Assembly: GCF_000737315.1 (NCBI RefSeq)
Contig: NZ_JMCB01000006.1
Coordinates: 764,001 to 1,012,000, forward strand
DNA from: Hyalangium minutum
Lineage (GTDB): Bacteria > Myxococcota > Myxococcia > Myxococcales > Myxococcaceae
Direction: 5' to 3'
DNA: 248,000 bases
Each line of letters opens with the position of its first letter. The stretch's first letter is position 1. The position numbers and the translations under genes were made by a program. Below the pieces are notes generated by a model. It was given only the letters and a program-made list of their open reading frames with translations. It was not told where the DNA came from and did no database searches. Positions 84,272 through 94,181 of this stretch are shown here, piece by piece.

Positions 84272-85558
84272 ATGACGCTCCGGGAAACCATCGAGTATGC
84301 ACGCGGGCTGTTCGTGAAGCTCTGGGCCGAGCTCTGGAAGGACCATCCCCGGTTCCAGGAACTGGAGCGGGAGTTTCGCCTCAATAAGGCGATCGGGACC
84401 GAAGCGCAGGTCCTCAAACTGCTCGACGAGGGGAAGAAACCGCCGGAGGAGTGGAACGGCCTGGTGCGGCTGCGTGCGCTGGATGAGTTCCTGGCCGAGA
84501 ACTCGGGGAGCCGGGCCACAGGAGTGGACACCCTGCTCTCGACGCTCGTGCAGTTGGAGGACGGAGAGCGCTACCACCTCTACCGGCGCCCTCAGGGGAT
84601 GAGGAAGGGCCACCTCGAAGGGAAGGTGGGGCACCTCCGCAACTGGGCGAGGCATCACTGGGTCATCCCCGCGAACTTGAGCCGCTATCACGTCGAGATC
84701 CGGAAGCCAGGCGATTACCTCTCCCGGAAGCTCGCCGACCTCTACAAGCGGGGAGAGCGCCTCCGGGTTGCCATCTGCCACTTCGAGGACGGAGTGGGGC
84801 TATCGCGGGTGAAACCGCATCCTCCGTCGTGGCGAGTGGAGAGCCTCACGGATCCGGAGGCCCGCTGGCAGACCCTGAAAGGCTTCCTGGAACAGGCGCG
84901 ATTCGCAGGAGCCCACGTGTTGGTGCTCCCGGAGCTCACGGTGACACCCGCGCTGCGGGAACGGGTCCAGCAGTGGCTGGAGGAGCACTTCGGCGAGCAT
85001 GAGATGCTGATGGTGCTCCCTGGAAGCTTTCATGAGGCGGACAGTGAGGACCCGGACAAGGTCTTCAACCGGGCGGAGCTGTTGGACGCCTATGGGCACC
85101 CCGTCCTAGAGCATCTCAAGCTCCTGCCTTTCGGCGGGCTTGGCGAACAGGGAGCCGAGGACATCCACACCGGGAAGTGGATCCGGCTGATGGGACTGCC
85201 GCTCGGCATGCTGGCGATGCCCATCTGCCTGGACTTCTGCGAAGCAGACGGGCCGATGCCTGAAGTCTGGAAGAACATCGGTCCCGAGTGGGTGCTGGTC
85301 CCCGCCTTGGGGGATGCTACCAGCCTCAGGGCGCATGCCCGGGCGGCCGCACAGCTCTACACCACGCGCGGCAGCGTCACCGTGCTGGCCAACCAGCCCA
85401 AGACTGAAGGGGAGAAGGCTCCTGGCTTCGTCTACCAGGGTCAGAAGCGCGACAGTGCGGAGAAGGCGGATGAGCCTGTGCCCTGCTTCCAGGTGGTGGA
85501 AGTGGACATCCGCTTGGATTTCCAGGGGAACAAGCAGGCACCGGGAGCGGTAAACTAG
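84272..85558 (+). CDS. Carbon-nitrogen hydrolase (nitrilase-fold) protein with N-terminal helical extension
   Basis: E-K-C triad candidates: VLPEL, HLKLLPF, PICLDF. Confidence 0.7.
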   Translation: MTLRETIEYARGLFVKLWAELWKDHPRFQELEREFRLNKAIGTEAQVLKLLDEGKKPPEEWNGLVRLRALDEFLAENSGSRATGVDTLLSTLVQLEDGERYHLYRRPQGMRKGHLEGKVGHLRNWARHHWVIPANLSRYHVEIRKPGDYLSRKLADLYKRGERLRVAICHFEDGVGLSRVKPHPPSWRVESLTDPEARWQTLKGFLEQARFAGAHVLVLPELTVTPALRERVQQWLEEHFGEHEMLMVLPGSFHEADSEDPDKVFNRAELLDAYGHPVLEHLKLLPFGGLGEQGAEDIHTGKWIRLMGLPLGMLAMPICLDFCEADGPMPEVWKNIGPEWVLVPALGDATSLRAHARAAAQLYTTRGSVTVLANQPKTEGEKAPGFVYQGQKRDSAEKADEPVPCFQVVEVDIRLDFQGNKQAPGAVN

Positions 85559-85590
85559 AGTAAACCCCTGGAGTTCACTAAGGTTTACTC
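85558..85590. promoter_or_regulatory. Inverted repeat GAGTAAACC-N15-GGTTTACTC abutting the wHTH start codon (putative operator)
   Basis: Perfect 9 bp AT-rich IR in a GC-rich genome. Confidence 0.65.
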
Positions 85591-86241
85591 ATGCCGCTTG
85601 AGCTGGAGACTGTCGCTCCCGAGGACTTGGCGTTCCATGCCTCGCTGGCCGAGATGTTGGAGGCCATCCGCAGCCGCGAGCAGTGGAGCGAGCGCATGGC
85701 CGAAGTCCTGGAGTACGCCTACTGCGAGCGGCTCCTCAAGCTGGTGCGGACGGGAGCACCGCTAGAGCAGCTCCGCGAACTGAACGAGCACTTGGCTCAT
85801 GTCGTCCATCCCCGACGGCGCGCCCAGCTCGACAGCCTGGGCAAGCCCTACTTCGCGCGCTGGTCCATGCTGCGCGCGCTATTGGAGATGCGCATCGAGT
85901 CGCTGCGCAGTGAAGTCCCCTCCCAGGTGCTCAACCGGAAGCACGTCCGGGAAATCCTGGAGCGCGTCCAGCGAGAGGGGGAGGTGACGCAGCAGTTCAT
86001 CGGCGAGACGTTCGCGCTCGAGAAAGCCAACCTGTCCCGGATCCTGGCGCTCATGGAGGCCAACGAGCTCATCGACAAGGTGGCTCGGGGCAATGGCAAC
86101 ACCATCGTCCTGGGAGTCAGGGGGCGGGAGTTGATGCCACCGAAGGAGACTGCCGTGCCACGGGCCCCCGCGCCCGTGAAACACGCGCGGCGTGGAGCCT
86201 CGTACCTCAACCCCGAAGCGGCCGATGGCACCTTCCACTAG
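85591..86241 (+). CDS. MarR-like winged-helix protein
   Basis: QQFIGETFALEKANLSRILALMEANELIDK. Confidence 0.7.
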   Translation: MPLELETVAPEDLAFHASLAEMLEAIRSREQWSERMAEVLEYAYCERLLKLVRTGAPLEQLRELNEHLAHVVHPRRRAQLDSLGKPYFARWSMLRALLEMRIESLRSEVPSQVLNRKHVREILERVQREGEVTQQFIGETFALEKANLSRILALMEANELIDKVARGNGNTIVLGVRGRELMPPKETAVPRAPAPVKHARRGASYLNPEAADGTFH

Positions 86242-86245
86242 GACC

Positions 86246-89200
86246 ATGACGGCACACGTCTCGACCTTCTACAGCTTCAAGGGGGGTGTGGGGCGGACCC
86301 TGTTGCTGGCCAACGTGGGCGTGGCCCTCGCGCGCGGCCATCAGCGAGTCCTCTTGTGGGACCTGGATCTGGAAGCGCCAGGGATGCACCACATCGAAGG
86401 ACTGAAGCCGCGCAAGCCCGTGGCCCAGGGTTTCCTGCGGTGGCTGATGGAGTGGCAGCAGGCGGAAGCCGCCGCCGCCGCCCCCGTCCCCCTCGAGGGG
86501 CACCTGTTGGAGTCCTTTCTGGCCCTGCCGTACGCAGTGCCAGAGGTCCCCGGCTTGTTCGTCCTGCCCGCGTATGGGGAGCGCGAGAACTTCACGGGCC
86601 TCTACCAGCAGATCGACTGGCACAAGTTCACCGTGGAGTCTCCCGAGCGAGGCGTCGCGCTCTTTCAGCAGCTCCTGGACGGGCTCACGGGGCGGCTGGG
86701 GTATGGCCACATCCTGCTGGACTCACGGACGGGCATCACCGATCTGGGAGGCCTGCTCACGGCGGTGCTGCCGCATGCGACGGTGCTGGTGGGCAACTAC
86801 TCGGCCCAGAACACGGCGGGGCTGCTGAACGTCTATCGCGCGCTGCAGCCGGCGGTGGCCGGGAAGATGCCCGAGCGGAGATATGGGAAGTTGCGGCGTC
86901 TGCTGGTGGCCTCGCCGGTGCCGCTCCTGGAGACGAAGCAGGCGCTGGAGGCGCGCCGTGCCGTCTGGAACAGCCAGTTCGAGACGCCACCGGACGAGAC
87001 CCGTGTGGAGATCCCCTTCGTGGAGCGGTTGCTCTTTGGAGAGGAGCTGCTGGTCGAGACGGCTCCCCAATCGCCCACGGCCCGGGCCTATCAGGAGGTG
87101 GCCGCGAGGCTCAGCGAACTCCGAGAGGAGCGCATCCAGGAGGAGGAGGCCGCCAACCTGGGGGATCAGCTCTACCCGGAGCGCGCGCGGATGCGGCGGA
87201 TGAGCGGGCTGGAGGGATTCTTCGACGCGGGCCCCTCCTTCGAGCAGCGGGTGGAGAAGCTGCTCCGGCTCCTGGGCTACACGGTGACTCGGCTTGAGCC
87301 GCAGGACAGTGGAGCGGATCTCCAGGCCCAGCGTAAGAGCGGCCTCCTGCAGGAGCGGTACCGGGTCGTCTGCAAGGAGATACGGCGGCCCCTCTCGCTG
87401 ATTGAGGCGCAATCGCTCGTGAAGCTGCTCCAGCCCACGGGCGAGCGATCCTCCGAGAATGCACTGATGGTGGTGGCGTCCGGCTTCTCCACCGCGGCCA
87501 TCGAGTTCCTGCAGGAAGCGCGGGTGCTGGCCTTCACCTTGAAGGACCTGGAGCGGGAGCTCTTCGACTTCAAGCCGTACCTGTCGCGGCTTCGCAGGAG
87601 CTACGAGGAGAGCACGCTGGCGCGCACCTACGTCCCTCCAAAGCTGAAGTCCCTGGAGGTGCAGGGACGGGAAGCGGAGGCGCTGGCACGAGGCAAGGCG
87701 TGGGCTCGCGGGGAGAGTGCCCGGCTGTGGCTGGTGGTGGGAGAGGCCGGGACGGGGAAGACGAGCTTCATCCAACGGCTCGCCTATGAGCTGGCGGCTG
87801 CCGCCGAGAAGGATTCTGACAGCCCCGTTCCTGTCACCATCCCCCTCAAGGACTTTGGGGGAGCCGTCTCCCTGGAGGGAATGCTGCAGGAACACATGGC
87901 CGCACGCGTGGGCTGGCGGGGAGATCCCGCGGTCCTGCTTCACCTGCTCTCCGTGGGGAGAATCGTTCTGCTCCTGGATGGGCTGGACGAGCTGGGTGTC
88001 ACGGAGCCCTCGCTCCTGGAGGAGCAGCTCCGCCAGCTCGCGAGGCCGACCGCCTCCGAGCCCGAGGAGCCGCGGGGTAACCGCGTTCTCATCACGAGTC
88101 GAGCGCAGCACTTCCGGGACGAGCGCAGCGCGGGGCTCCCGGCGCGCGTCTCCCCGTTGAACACTGCGCTTGGGTCCGTGGCTCTGGCGCTCGGCGCGGA
88201 GGTGGATGAGCTGGCCGGGTGGGATCGGCAACAACTGCGAGAGTTCCTCGTCCGATCCCTCGGACAGGAGAAGGCGGCACAATGGGATGCACTGCTTGCC
88301 CGGATCGAGGCACGGCCTGAGCTGACCTCCCGGCCGATGCTGGTGGAGATGCTTCTGCCCGTGGCCTCGGAGCTCTCTTCTTACAAGGGCGAGTTGTCTC
88401 TCGGGGCTTTGTTTCAGCTCTTCATCCGCCACGTGCTGAAGAGCCAGGGCCCGCTTGCACGGATGCGGCTAGGACGCTTCTTAGAGCGGTTGGCGCACGA
88501 GGCGCGGAGGGACCCGCGAGGCCGGATCCACATCACCAAGATGATCCGCCTGATAGGTGTGCCGCTCAGGAGTACGGCGCGTCAGGAGGCCTCCAGGCTG
88601 GAGCCGGAGCTGAGCGCGCTGCCCTTCCTGACGCGGGAGCTGGGCGAGTACTACCAGTTCAAGTTCAAGCTCTTCGAGGAGTTCTTCTATGCGCGGCATC
88701 TGTGGAACGCGGCGCACCGACAGAGGCTGGCGCATGCGCTGGATGCGCCCCCGCTGACGTCCGACGGAGCCGTCTTCCTGGTGGATCTCGCCGCCAGCGA
88801 GGACGTGGAGGTGCTTCGATCGGGTGTCAGGCAGGTGCTGTCCGGTAGCTATTCGCCTCGGATCAGTGAGAACGCGCTCCGCCTCGCGTACGAGTGGAGC
88901 TGTGGCACGGCGGGAGGCGCCAATCAAAGCAGCCAGCAAGAGATGCGCTGGTTCATGCCCCCGCAGGCGCACCTGGAAGGAGCGGACCTCCGCGGAGCCC
89001 GGTTGGCTTGGGCGTGGCTCGAAGGGGCCCGGCTCGTGGAGACTCGCCTGGACGGTGCGGACCTGACGGCGGCGAACCTTCGCGGAGTCGAGGGCCACAG
89101 GCTTCAAGCGCGTGTCAGCATCCTGGACGGAGCGGACTTGGGTCGCGCTCAGCTCCGGGAGGCAGACTTCTCGGGCAGTACGGCGTTCCACCACGCTCCG

Positions 89201-91342
89201 CTCCTCGAGGGGACGGATCTGCGCGGGGCCCGGCTCAAGGGCACAGCGTGGAGGATGCCCGCGCTGAGTGGGGAGCTCCCTCCCAGTAGAGAGCTGAGGC
89301 TGGCACGCTGGGGCAGCCGTCACGTGGACGGCGGGAGCGAGGTGCTCCTCGAGCCCGCCTTGCCAGGCTCGGTGAGTGAGCTGGCGGTCTCTTCGGATGG
89401 AACCCTGTTCGTGACCTGCGGAGGCCAGCACCCTGTCTTGTGGGACCTGGCCTCGGGGCGCCCATTGGTCACGTTCGTGGGCCACGCGGCGTGCGTGAAC
89501 AGTGTCGTGTTCGCTCCCAGCGGGAAGCTCCTCGCCTCGGCTTCGGATGATGGGACAGTGGGTGTGTGGGATGTCTCCACGGGAGCGCTTCTGCGGAGCC
89601 TTCGAGGCCATCAAGCCCCGCTATGGCAGGTCGCGTTCTCACCCGATGGGGGCCTCCTCGCATCTTGTTCGGTCGATGGGACAGCGCGTCTGTGGAATCC
89701 CAACACGGGAGAGCCTGTGTCGGTCATCTCCGCTCACGCTGAGAAAGTGTGGAGTGTGGCCTTCTCACCGGACGGTGAGCTGCTCGCGACAGGTTCGGAG
89801 GACCAGTCGATCCGCATCTGGCGGGTGGCGAGTGGAGCTCCAGTTCGTACGTTGGAGGGGCACACGAAGGCGGTCCGATCGCTTGTGTTCAACCCACGGG
89901 TCCCTCATCAGCTCATCAGCGGGTCCGGGGACTCGACGGTGAAGATCTGGGACCTGCAGGAAGACACGCCCCCCAGAGAGCTGCTGGCCGAGGATGCCAA
90001 TGTGATGCGCCTCGCGTGTAACGGGGTGAACGTGGCGGCCATCACCCTCCAGAGCGAGGTCCTCGTATGGGACGCGGCCTCGGGGACTCAGGTGGGCAGC
90101 GTGTATGGAGGGGGATTGGGGTTTGGGCTGGCGTTCGTGCCGGGAGAAGAAGGGCAGGTCGCTGTCGCCGCGAATCAAGGCATCTGGCTCGAGCGCCCAG
90201 CGGCTCCAGAGTCACGGGTGCAGCGGGTTCGCGGAGCGGCGGGCGTCTGCGTGAGCTTCCTGCCGGGAGGGCGGGTGGTGCTGGGGGGAGAAGCGGGAGG
90301 GGCGAGGGTCTGGGATACACGCACCGGGGCATCCCCCATGATGTTGCCCACGGCACAAGACGTGGTGGCGTCGCTCGCCGTGTCTCCCGATGCAACGGAG
90401 CTCTACACCTTCTCGACGGACGGAGTCATCCGGCTCTGGGACATCGAGGCGGGCAGACTGCTGAAGGTGGTGGAGAAGCTCGAGGATGTGGGCCGCCTCG
90501 CCCTCTCGCCTGACGGCGGGCGCTTGGCGCGGACAGACGGGCGTTCAGTCAGAATCTGGGACGTGCGCGCACCTCGCCCCAAAGCTCGCTTCGAGCTCAG
90601 TGGACTGGAGAGTTCCATCTGGGGGATCGCCTTCTCTCCGGACGGTCAGATCCTTGCTACGGCTTCCGCGGACAAGCTCGTGAGGCTCTGGGACGGCCAC
90701 ACCGGCACGGCGATCCGCTCCTTGGAGGGGCACACGGAGGACGTGTACGCCTTGGCTTTCTCTCCCAAGGCTTCGCTGCTGGCCAGTGTCGGCGGTGAAA
90801 AGACGGTCCGGGTATGGGACGTCGAGAAGGGAGAGGCTGCCTTCACCTTGGAAGGCCATGAAGATGGCCCCGTCAGCGCTGTCGCGTTCTCGCCCGATGG
90901 GAACCTGCTCATGAGCGGTGCATGGGACTTCACGGTCCGGGTCTGGAGCGTCCGGGAGCGAAAACAAGTGGCCGTGCTCGAAGGTCACGAGGGGGTTCTT
91001 GTCGGCGTGGCCTTCTCACCGGAAGGCGATCGCGTGGTGACGATCACCATGGGAGGGAGTGCGCGGCTCTGGGACACCCGGACATGGCGGCTCCTGGCCA
91101 CCTTCGTTTGGCTGGAGCCGGGCTGGGCCACGCTTGCGGGCTCCTATGCCCTCACTTCTCCAGAGGCGGACACCGGCAGGATCGCGGTCCGGGCCGGTGC
91201 GCTGCTGGCGCCACTGACGCTCTTCAAGGACCAATGCCTCCGTCCGGAGCTTGTCCAGGCTGTCTTGGCGGGGCAGCCGGTCGAACCCCTGAAGCTCGAG
91301 CTTGGCATGGCGAGCCGGGGACTTCACCCGCGCGATCCCTAA
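86246..91342 (+). CDS. ParA/MinD-like ATPase - Mrr-like REase - NACHT - pentapeptide - WD40 protein
   Basis: FYSFKGGVGRT; FEQRVEKLL..GADL..VCK; GEAGTGKTS, LLLDGLDE; A(D/N)L repeats; more than 10 WD40 repeats. Confidence 0.85.
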   Translation: MTAHVSTFYSFKGGVGRTLLLANVGVALARGHQRVLLWDLDLEAPGMHHIEGLKPRKPVAQGFLRWLMEWQQAEAAAAAPVPLEGHLLESFLALPYAVPEVPGLFVLPAYGERENFTGLYQQIDWHKFTVESPERGVALFQQLLDGLTGRLGYGHILLDSRTGITDLGGLLTAVLPHATVLVGNYSAQNTAGLLNVYRALQPAVAGKMPERRYGKLRRLLVASPVPLLETKQALEARRAVWNSQFETPPDETRVEIPFVERLLFGEELLVETAPQSPTARAYQEVAARLSELREERIQEEEAANLGDQLYPERARMRRMSGLEGFFDAGPSFEQRVEKLLRLLGYTVTRLEPQDSGADLQAQRKSGLLQERYRVVCKEIRRPLSLIEAQSLVKLLQPTGERSSENALMVVASGFSTAAIEFLQEARVLAFTLKDLERELFDFKPYLSRLRRSYEESTLARTYVPPKLKSLEVQGREAEALARGKAWARGESARLWLVVGEAGTGKTSFIQRLAYELAAAAEKDSDSPVPVTIPLKDFGGAVSLEGMLQEHMAARVGWRGDPAVLLHLLSVGRIVLLLDGLDELGVTEPSLLEEQLRQLARPTASEPEEPRGNRVLITSRAQHFRDERSAGLPARVSPLNTALGSVALALGAEVDELAGWDRQQLREFLVRSLGQEKAAQWDALLARIEARPELTSRPMLVEMLLPVASELSSYKGELSLGALFQLFIRHVLKSQGPLARMRLGRFLERLAHEARRDPRGRIHITKMIRLIGVPLRSTARQEASRLEPELSALPFLTRELGEYYQFKFKLFEEFFYARHLWNAAHRQRLAHALDAPPLTSDGAVFLVDLAASEDVEVLRSGVRQVLSGSYSPRISENALRLAYEWSCGTAGGANQSSQQEMRWFMPPQAHLEGADLRGARLAWAWLEGARLVETRLDGADLTAANLRGVEGHRLQARVSILDGADLGRAQLREADFSGSTAFHHAPLLEGTDLRGARLKGTAWRMPALSGELPPSRELRLARWGSRHVDGGSEVLLEPALPGSVSELAVSSDGTLFVTCGGQHPVLWDLASGRPLVTFVGHAACVNSVVFAPSGKLLASASDDGTVGVWDVSTGALLRSLRGHQAPLWQVAFSPDGGLLASCSVDGTARLWNPNTGEPVSVISAHAEKVWSVAFSPDGELLATGSEDQSIRIWRVASGAPVRTLEGHTKAVRSLVFNPRVPHQLISGSGDSTVKIWDLQEDTPPRELLAEDANVMRLACNGVNVAAITLQSEVLVWDAASGTQVGSVYGGGLGFGLAFVPGEEGQVAVAANQGIWLERPAAPESRVQRVRGAAGVCVSFLPGGRVVLGGEAGGARVWDTRTGASPMMLPTAQDVVASLAVSPDATELYTFSTDGVIRLWDIEAGRLLKVVEKLEDVGRLALSPDGGRLARTDGRSVRIWDVRAPRPKARFELSGLESSIWGIAFSPDGQILATASADKLVRLWDGHTGTAIRSLEGHTEDVYALAFSPKASLLASVGGEKTVRVWDVEKGEAAFTLEGHEDGPVSAVAFSPDGNLLMSGAWDFTVRVWSVRERKQVAVLEGHEGVLVGVAFSPEGDRVVTITMGGSARLWDTRTWRLLATFVWLEPGWATLAGSYALTSPEADTGRIAVRAGALLAPLTLFKDQCLRPELVQAVLAGQPVEPLKLELGMASRGLHPRDP

Positions 91343-91382
91343 GCGAGGAGCTGGCGTTACCCCCAGCTCGGCCGGGACGTGC

Positions 91383-93176
91383 TCAGCCCCGGAGGCGCTC
91401 GTGTCCCGCGCTGCAGCCCGTGCGCAAGAAGTTCTGCGCGGTGGTGATCAGCGCGAGGTGGCTGAAGGCCTGAGGGAAGTTGCCCACCAGCCGGTGGGAC
91501 TCCACGTCGTACTCTTCGGACAGCAGCCCCACGTCGTTGCACAGCCCCAGCAACCGCTCGAAGAGCTCGCAGGCCTCCTGGTGGCGGCCGAGCAGCGCCT
91601 GGTTGTTCGCCAGCCAGAACGAGCACGCCAGGAACACGCCCTCGCCCGCGGGGAATCCGTCCTTCGTGCGGTCCGAGTCGTAGCGGTACACGAGGCCCTC
91701 GTGGAGCAGCTCGCGCTCGATGGCCTCCACCGTGCCTCGCACGCGGGGATCCTCCGGGGGCAAGAAGCCCACCAGCGGGATCATCAACAGGCTCGCGTCC
91801 AGCTCCCGCGAGCCATAGGCCTGCACGAAGGTGTTGAGCTTCGGATCAAAGCCCTTCTCGCACACCTGCGCGTGGATGCGGGAGCGCAGGGCGCGCCACT
91901 CGTCCAGCGGAGCCTCCAGGTGGTAGTCCTCGGCGCTCCTGAGCGCCTGGTCCACCGCCACCCATGCCATGATCTTCGAGTGCGTGAACTGCTGCCGTCC
92001 GCCCCGGATCTCCCAGATCCCCTCGTCTGGCAGCTCCCAGGACCGCTCGATGAAGCGCAGCAGGTGCCGCTGCAGATCCCACACCTCCTGCTCCGAGGGC
92101 AGACCGGCAACGCGGGCCTGGTGGAGGCAGGCCATCACCTCGCCGAAGATATCGAGCTGGAGCTGCTTCACCGCGTCGTTGCCGATGCGGACCGGATGGG
92201 AGTTCGCATAGCCCGGCAGCCAGGGCAGCACGGACTCCGGGAAGCGGCGCTCGCCCGCGACGCCGTACATGATCTGCAGCTCCTCGGGCTCTCCGGCCAC
92301 GGCGCGCAGCAGCCAGTCGCGCCAGGAGCGGGCCTCCTCGGTGTAGCCGGCCCGCAGCAGCGTCACCAGCGTGAGCGTGGCGTCGCGCAGCCAGCAATAG
92401 CGGTAGTCCCAGTTGCGCACGCCGCCCAGGTTCTCGGGGAGCGAGGTGGTGGGCGCGGCGACGATGCCCCCGGTCGGCGAGTACGTGAGGGCCTTCAAGG
92501 TGATGAGCGAGCGCAGCACCTGCTCGCGCCAGGGCCCCTGGTAGGTGCAGCGGTCCGACCACTCGCGCCACCAGGAGCACGTTCCCTCCAGGGCGGTGAA
92601 GGCCTCCACGGAGCGGGGCTGGCGCTGGTGGGAGGGGAACCAGGTGAGGATGATGGGGATCTGCTCGTGCTCGGCCACGGTGAAGTCCGAGAAGACGTGG
92701 CCGTTCTCCACGTGCATGGGCATGCGGGTGCGCAGCAGCGTGGCATCCGGGCCGGCCTTGGCGGAGACGCAGCAGAAGGTGGAGCGGATCCACGGGCTGC
92801 GATTGCCGTAGCCGAAGCGGGGCGAGGCCTCCATGTGGACGGGGACCCGGCCGCTCATGCCGCGGACGATGCGGACGATGTCCGGCGCCTCGTTGCGCGG
92901 CGGCATGAAGTCGATGAGGCGCACGGTGCCCTCGGCCGTCTCGAAGTCCGTCTCGAGCACGAGGGTGCCGGGCACGTAGCGGCGCCGCACCGAGCGCACG
93001 GGGATGGAGGGGGCGATGCACCAGCGGCCATGGCGCTCGTCGCCCAGCAGCGCCGCGAAGCAGGCATCCGAGTCGAAGCGGGGCCAGCACAGCCAGTCGA
93101 TGGAGCCATTCGTCCCGACGAGTGCCGCGCTGTAGGTGTCGCCAATCAGGGCATAGGCTTCGAGGGGCAGCGCCAT
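91383..93176 (-). CDS. Glycoside hydrolase family 15
   Basis: WDYRYCWLRD, GLLSEEYD, NFPQAFSH. Confidence 0.92.
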   Translation of the reverse strand: MALPLEAYALIGDTYSAALVGTNGSIDWLCWPRFDSDACFAALLGDERHGRWCIAPSIPVRSVRRRYVPGTLVLETDFETAEGTVRLIDFMPPRNEAPDIVRIVRGMSGRVPVHMEASPRFGYGNRSPWIRSTFCCVSAKAGPDATLLRTRMPMHVENGHVFSDFTVAEHEQIPIILTWFPSHQRQPRSVEAFTALEGTCSWWREWSDRCTYQGPWREQVLRSLITLKALTYSPTGGIVAAPTTSLPENLGGVRNWDYRYCWLRDATLTLVTLLRAGYTEEARSWRDWLLRAVAGEPEELQIMYGVAGERRFPESVLPWLPGYANSHPVRIGNDAVKQLQLDIFGEVMACLHQARVAGLPSEQEVWDLQRHLLRFIERSWELPDEGIWEIRGGRQQFTHSKIMAWVAVDQALRSAEDYHLEAPLDEWRALRSRIHAQVCEKGFDPKLNTFVQAYGSRELDASLLMIPLVGFLPPEDPRVRGTVEAIERELLHEGLVYRYDSDRTKDGFPAGEGVFLACSFWLANNQALLGRHQEACELFERLLGLCNDVGLLSEEYDVESHRLVGNFPQAFSHLALITTAQNFLRTGCSAGHERLRG

Positions 93177-93196
93177 GTCTGAAAACTAGAGAGCCC

Positions 93197-93745
93197 TCAC
93201 GTGGAAGGCGGGAGAGGCGCGGAGTCCTGCCGCTCTCCGGGAGAGTGCCCCAGGGCGTGCTCAGCTCCTGGAGCCGTGAGCGGACGGGCGGCCGGCAAGG
93301 AATGGGAGGCGCGAGGGAGCGCCCACTCCGTCACGAGCCCGAAGAGGCACGTCTGTGCCAGGAGGAAAGCGCGCTCGGCGCGCGTCCAGGTGCGAGGCGG
93401 AGCCGTGACGTGGAGGGCGGGAAAGGAGAGGTGCTCGAAAGTCAGAACCCCCGCGCCCAGCAGCAGGCCCCTCAGGAGCGGAGAGGGGGGCAACCTCTCC
93501 CGGAGCCGGGCCCAGATGAGGCCGAGCACCGGGCCATAGGTGAAGCGCATGCCCAGGCTCCAGGCGAGGGCTCTGCGCGGAGGCACGGTGCGGCGAGTCA
93601 CCCGGTGCACGAGCTGGGCCGCGAGGCGGCGCGCGGAATAAGGAGGCGCGTGCCCCAGGGCGGCGTTGCGCAGCACGGCAAAGCCACCGAGGGCCAGGGT
93701 GCCCACGGCGCCAGCAGTCGCGCCTCGAAGCAGGGGAGCGCTCAT
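93197..93745 (-). CDS. Membrane protein
   Basis: Four hydrophobic segments. Confidence 0.55.
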   Translation of the reverse strand: MSAPLLRGATAGAVGTLALGGFAVLRNAALGHAPPYSARRLAAQLVHRVTRRTVPPRRALAWSLGMRFTYGPVLGLIWARLRERLPPSPLLRGLLLGAGVLTFEHLSFPALHVTAPPRTWTRAERAFLLAQTCLFGLVTEWALPRASHSLPAARPLTAPGAEHALGHSPGERQDSAPLPPST

Positions 93746-94077
93746 GTCTTGATGAGGCGGCGGAAGCCACGGACCGTGGGCTGCGCCGTGGGCGCCAGCG
93801 ACGCGCAGATGATCAGCGCCCCGAGGACGATGTCATGCGCGGTGGGGAGCGCGTCACCGCCATAGCCGAGCAGGTTCGGCGCGAGCAGGAGCCACCCACC
93901 GAGCGCCACGTTCACGAAGCGCAGCGGGGGAGCGGACGAGGCCAGCAGGGACACGATGGCGACCGCCAGGCCCACCATGGCCGAGTTGAGGCGGGCCACC
94001 GGCTGGACGTAGTTGAAGACGAGGGGGGCGATGAAGAGCCAGACCCCCAGGACGAAGCTGAGCCAGCGAGTCCACAT
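93742..94077 (-). CDS. SPW-repeat membrane protein
   Basis: GVWLFIAP / GGWLLLAP repeats. Confidence 0.7.
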   Translation of the reverse strand: MWTRWLSFVLGVWLFIAPLVFNYVQPVARLNSAMVGLAVAIVSLLASSAPPLRFVNVALGGWLLLAPNLLGYGGDALPTAHDIVLGALIICASLAPTAQPTVRGFRRLIKT

Positions 94078-94181
94078 GTGACAGACCTCCTCGACAGCCG
94101 TCACACCCAAGGTGGGCAGTGCCCCGCGCCACCCGCAAGACGAGGAGGCGAGGAGCGGGCGCTCGGCATGCCGCTCGCTCC

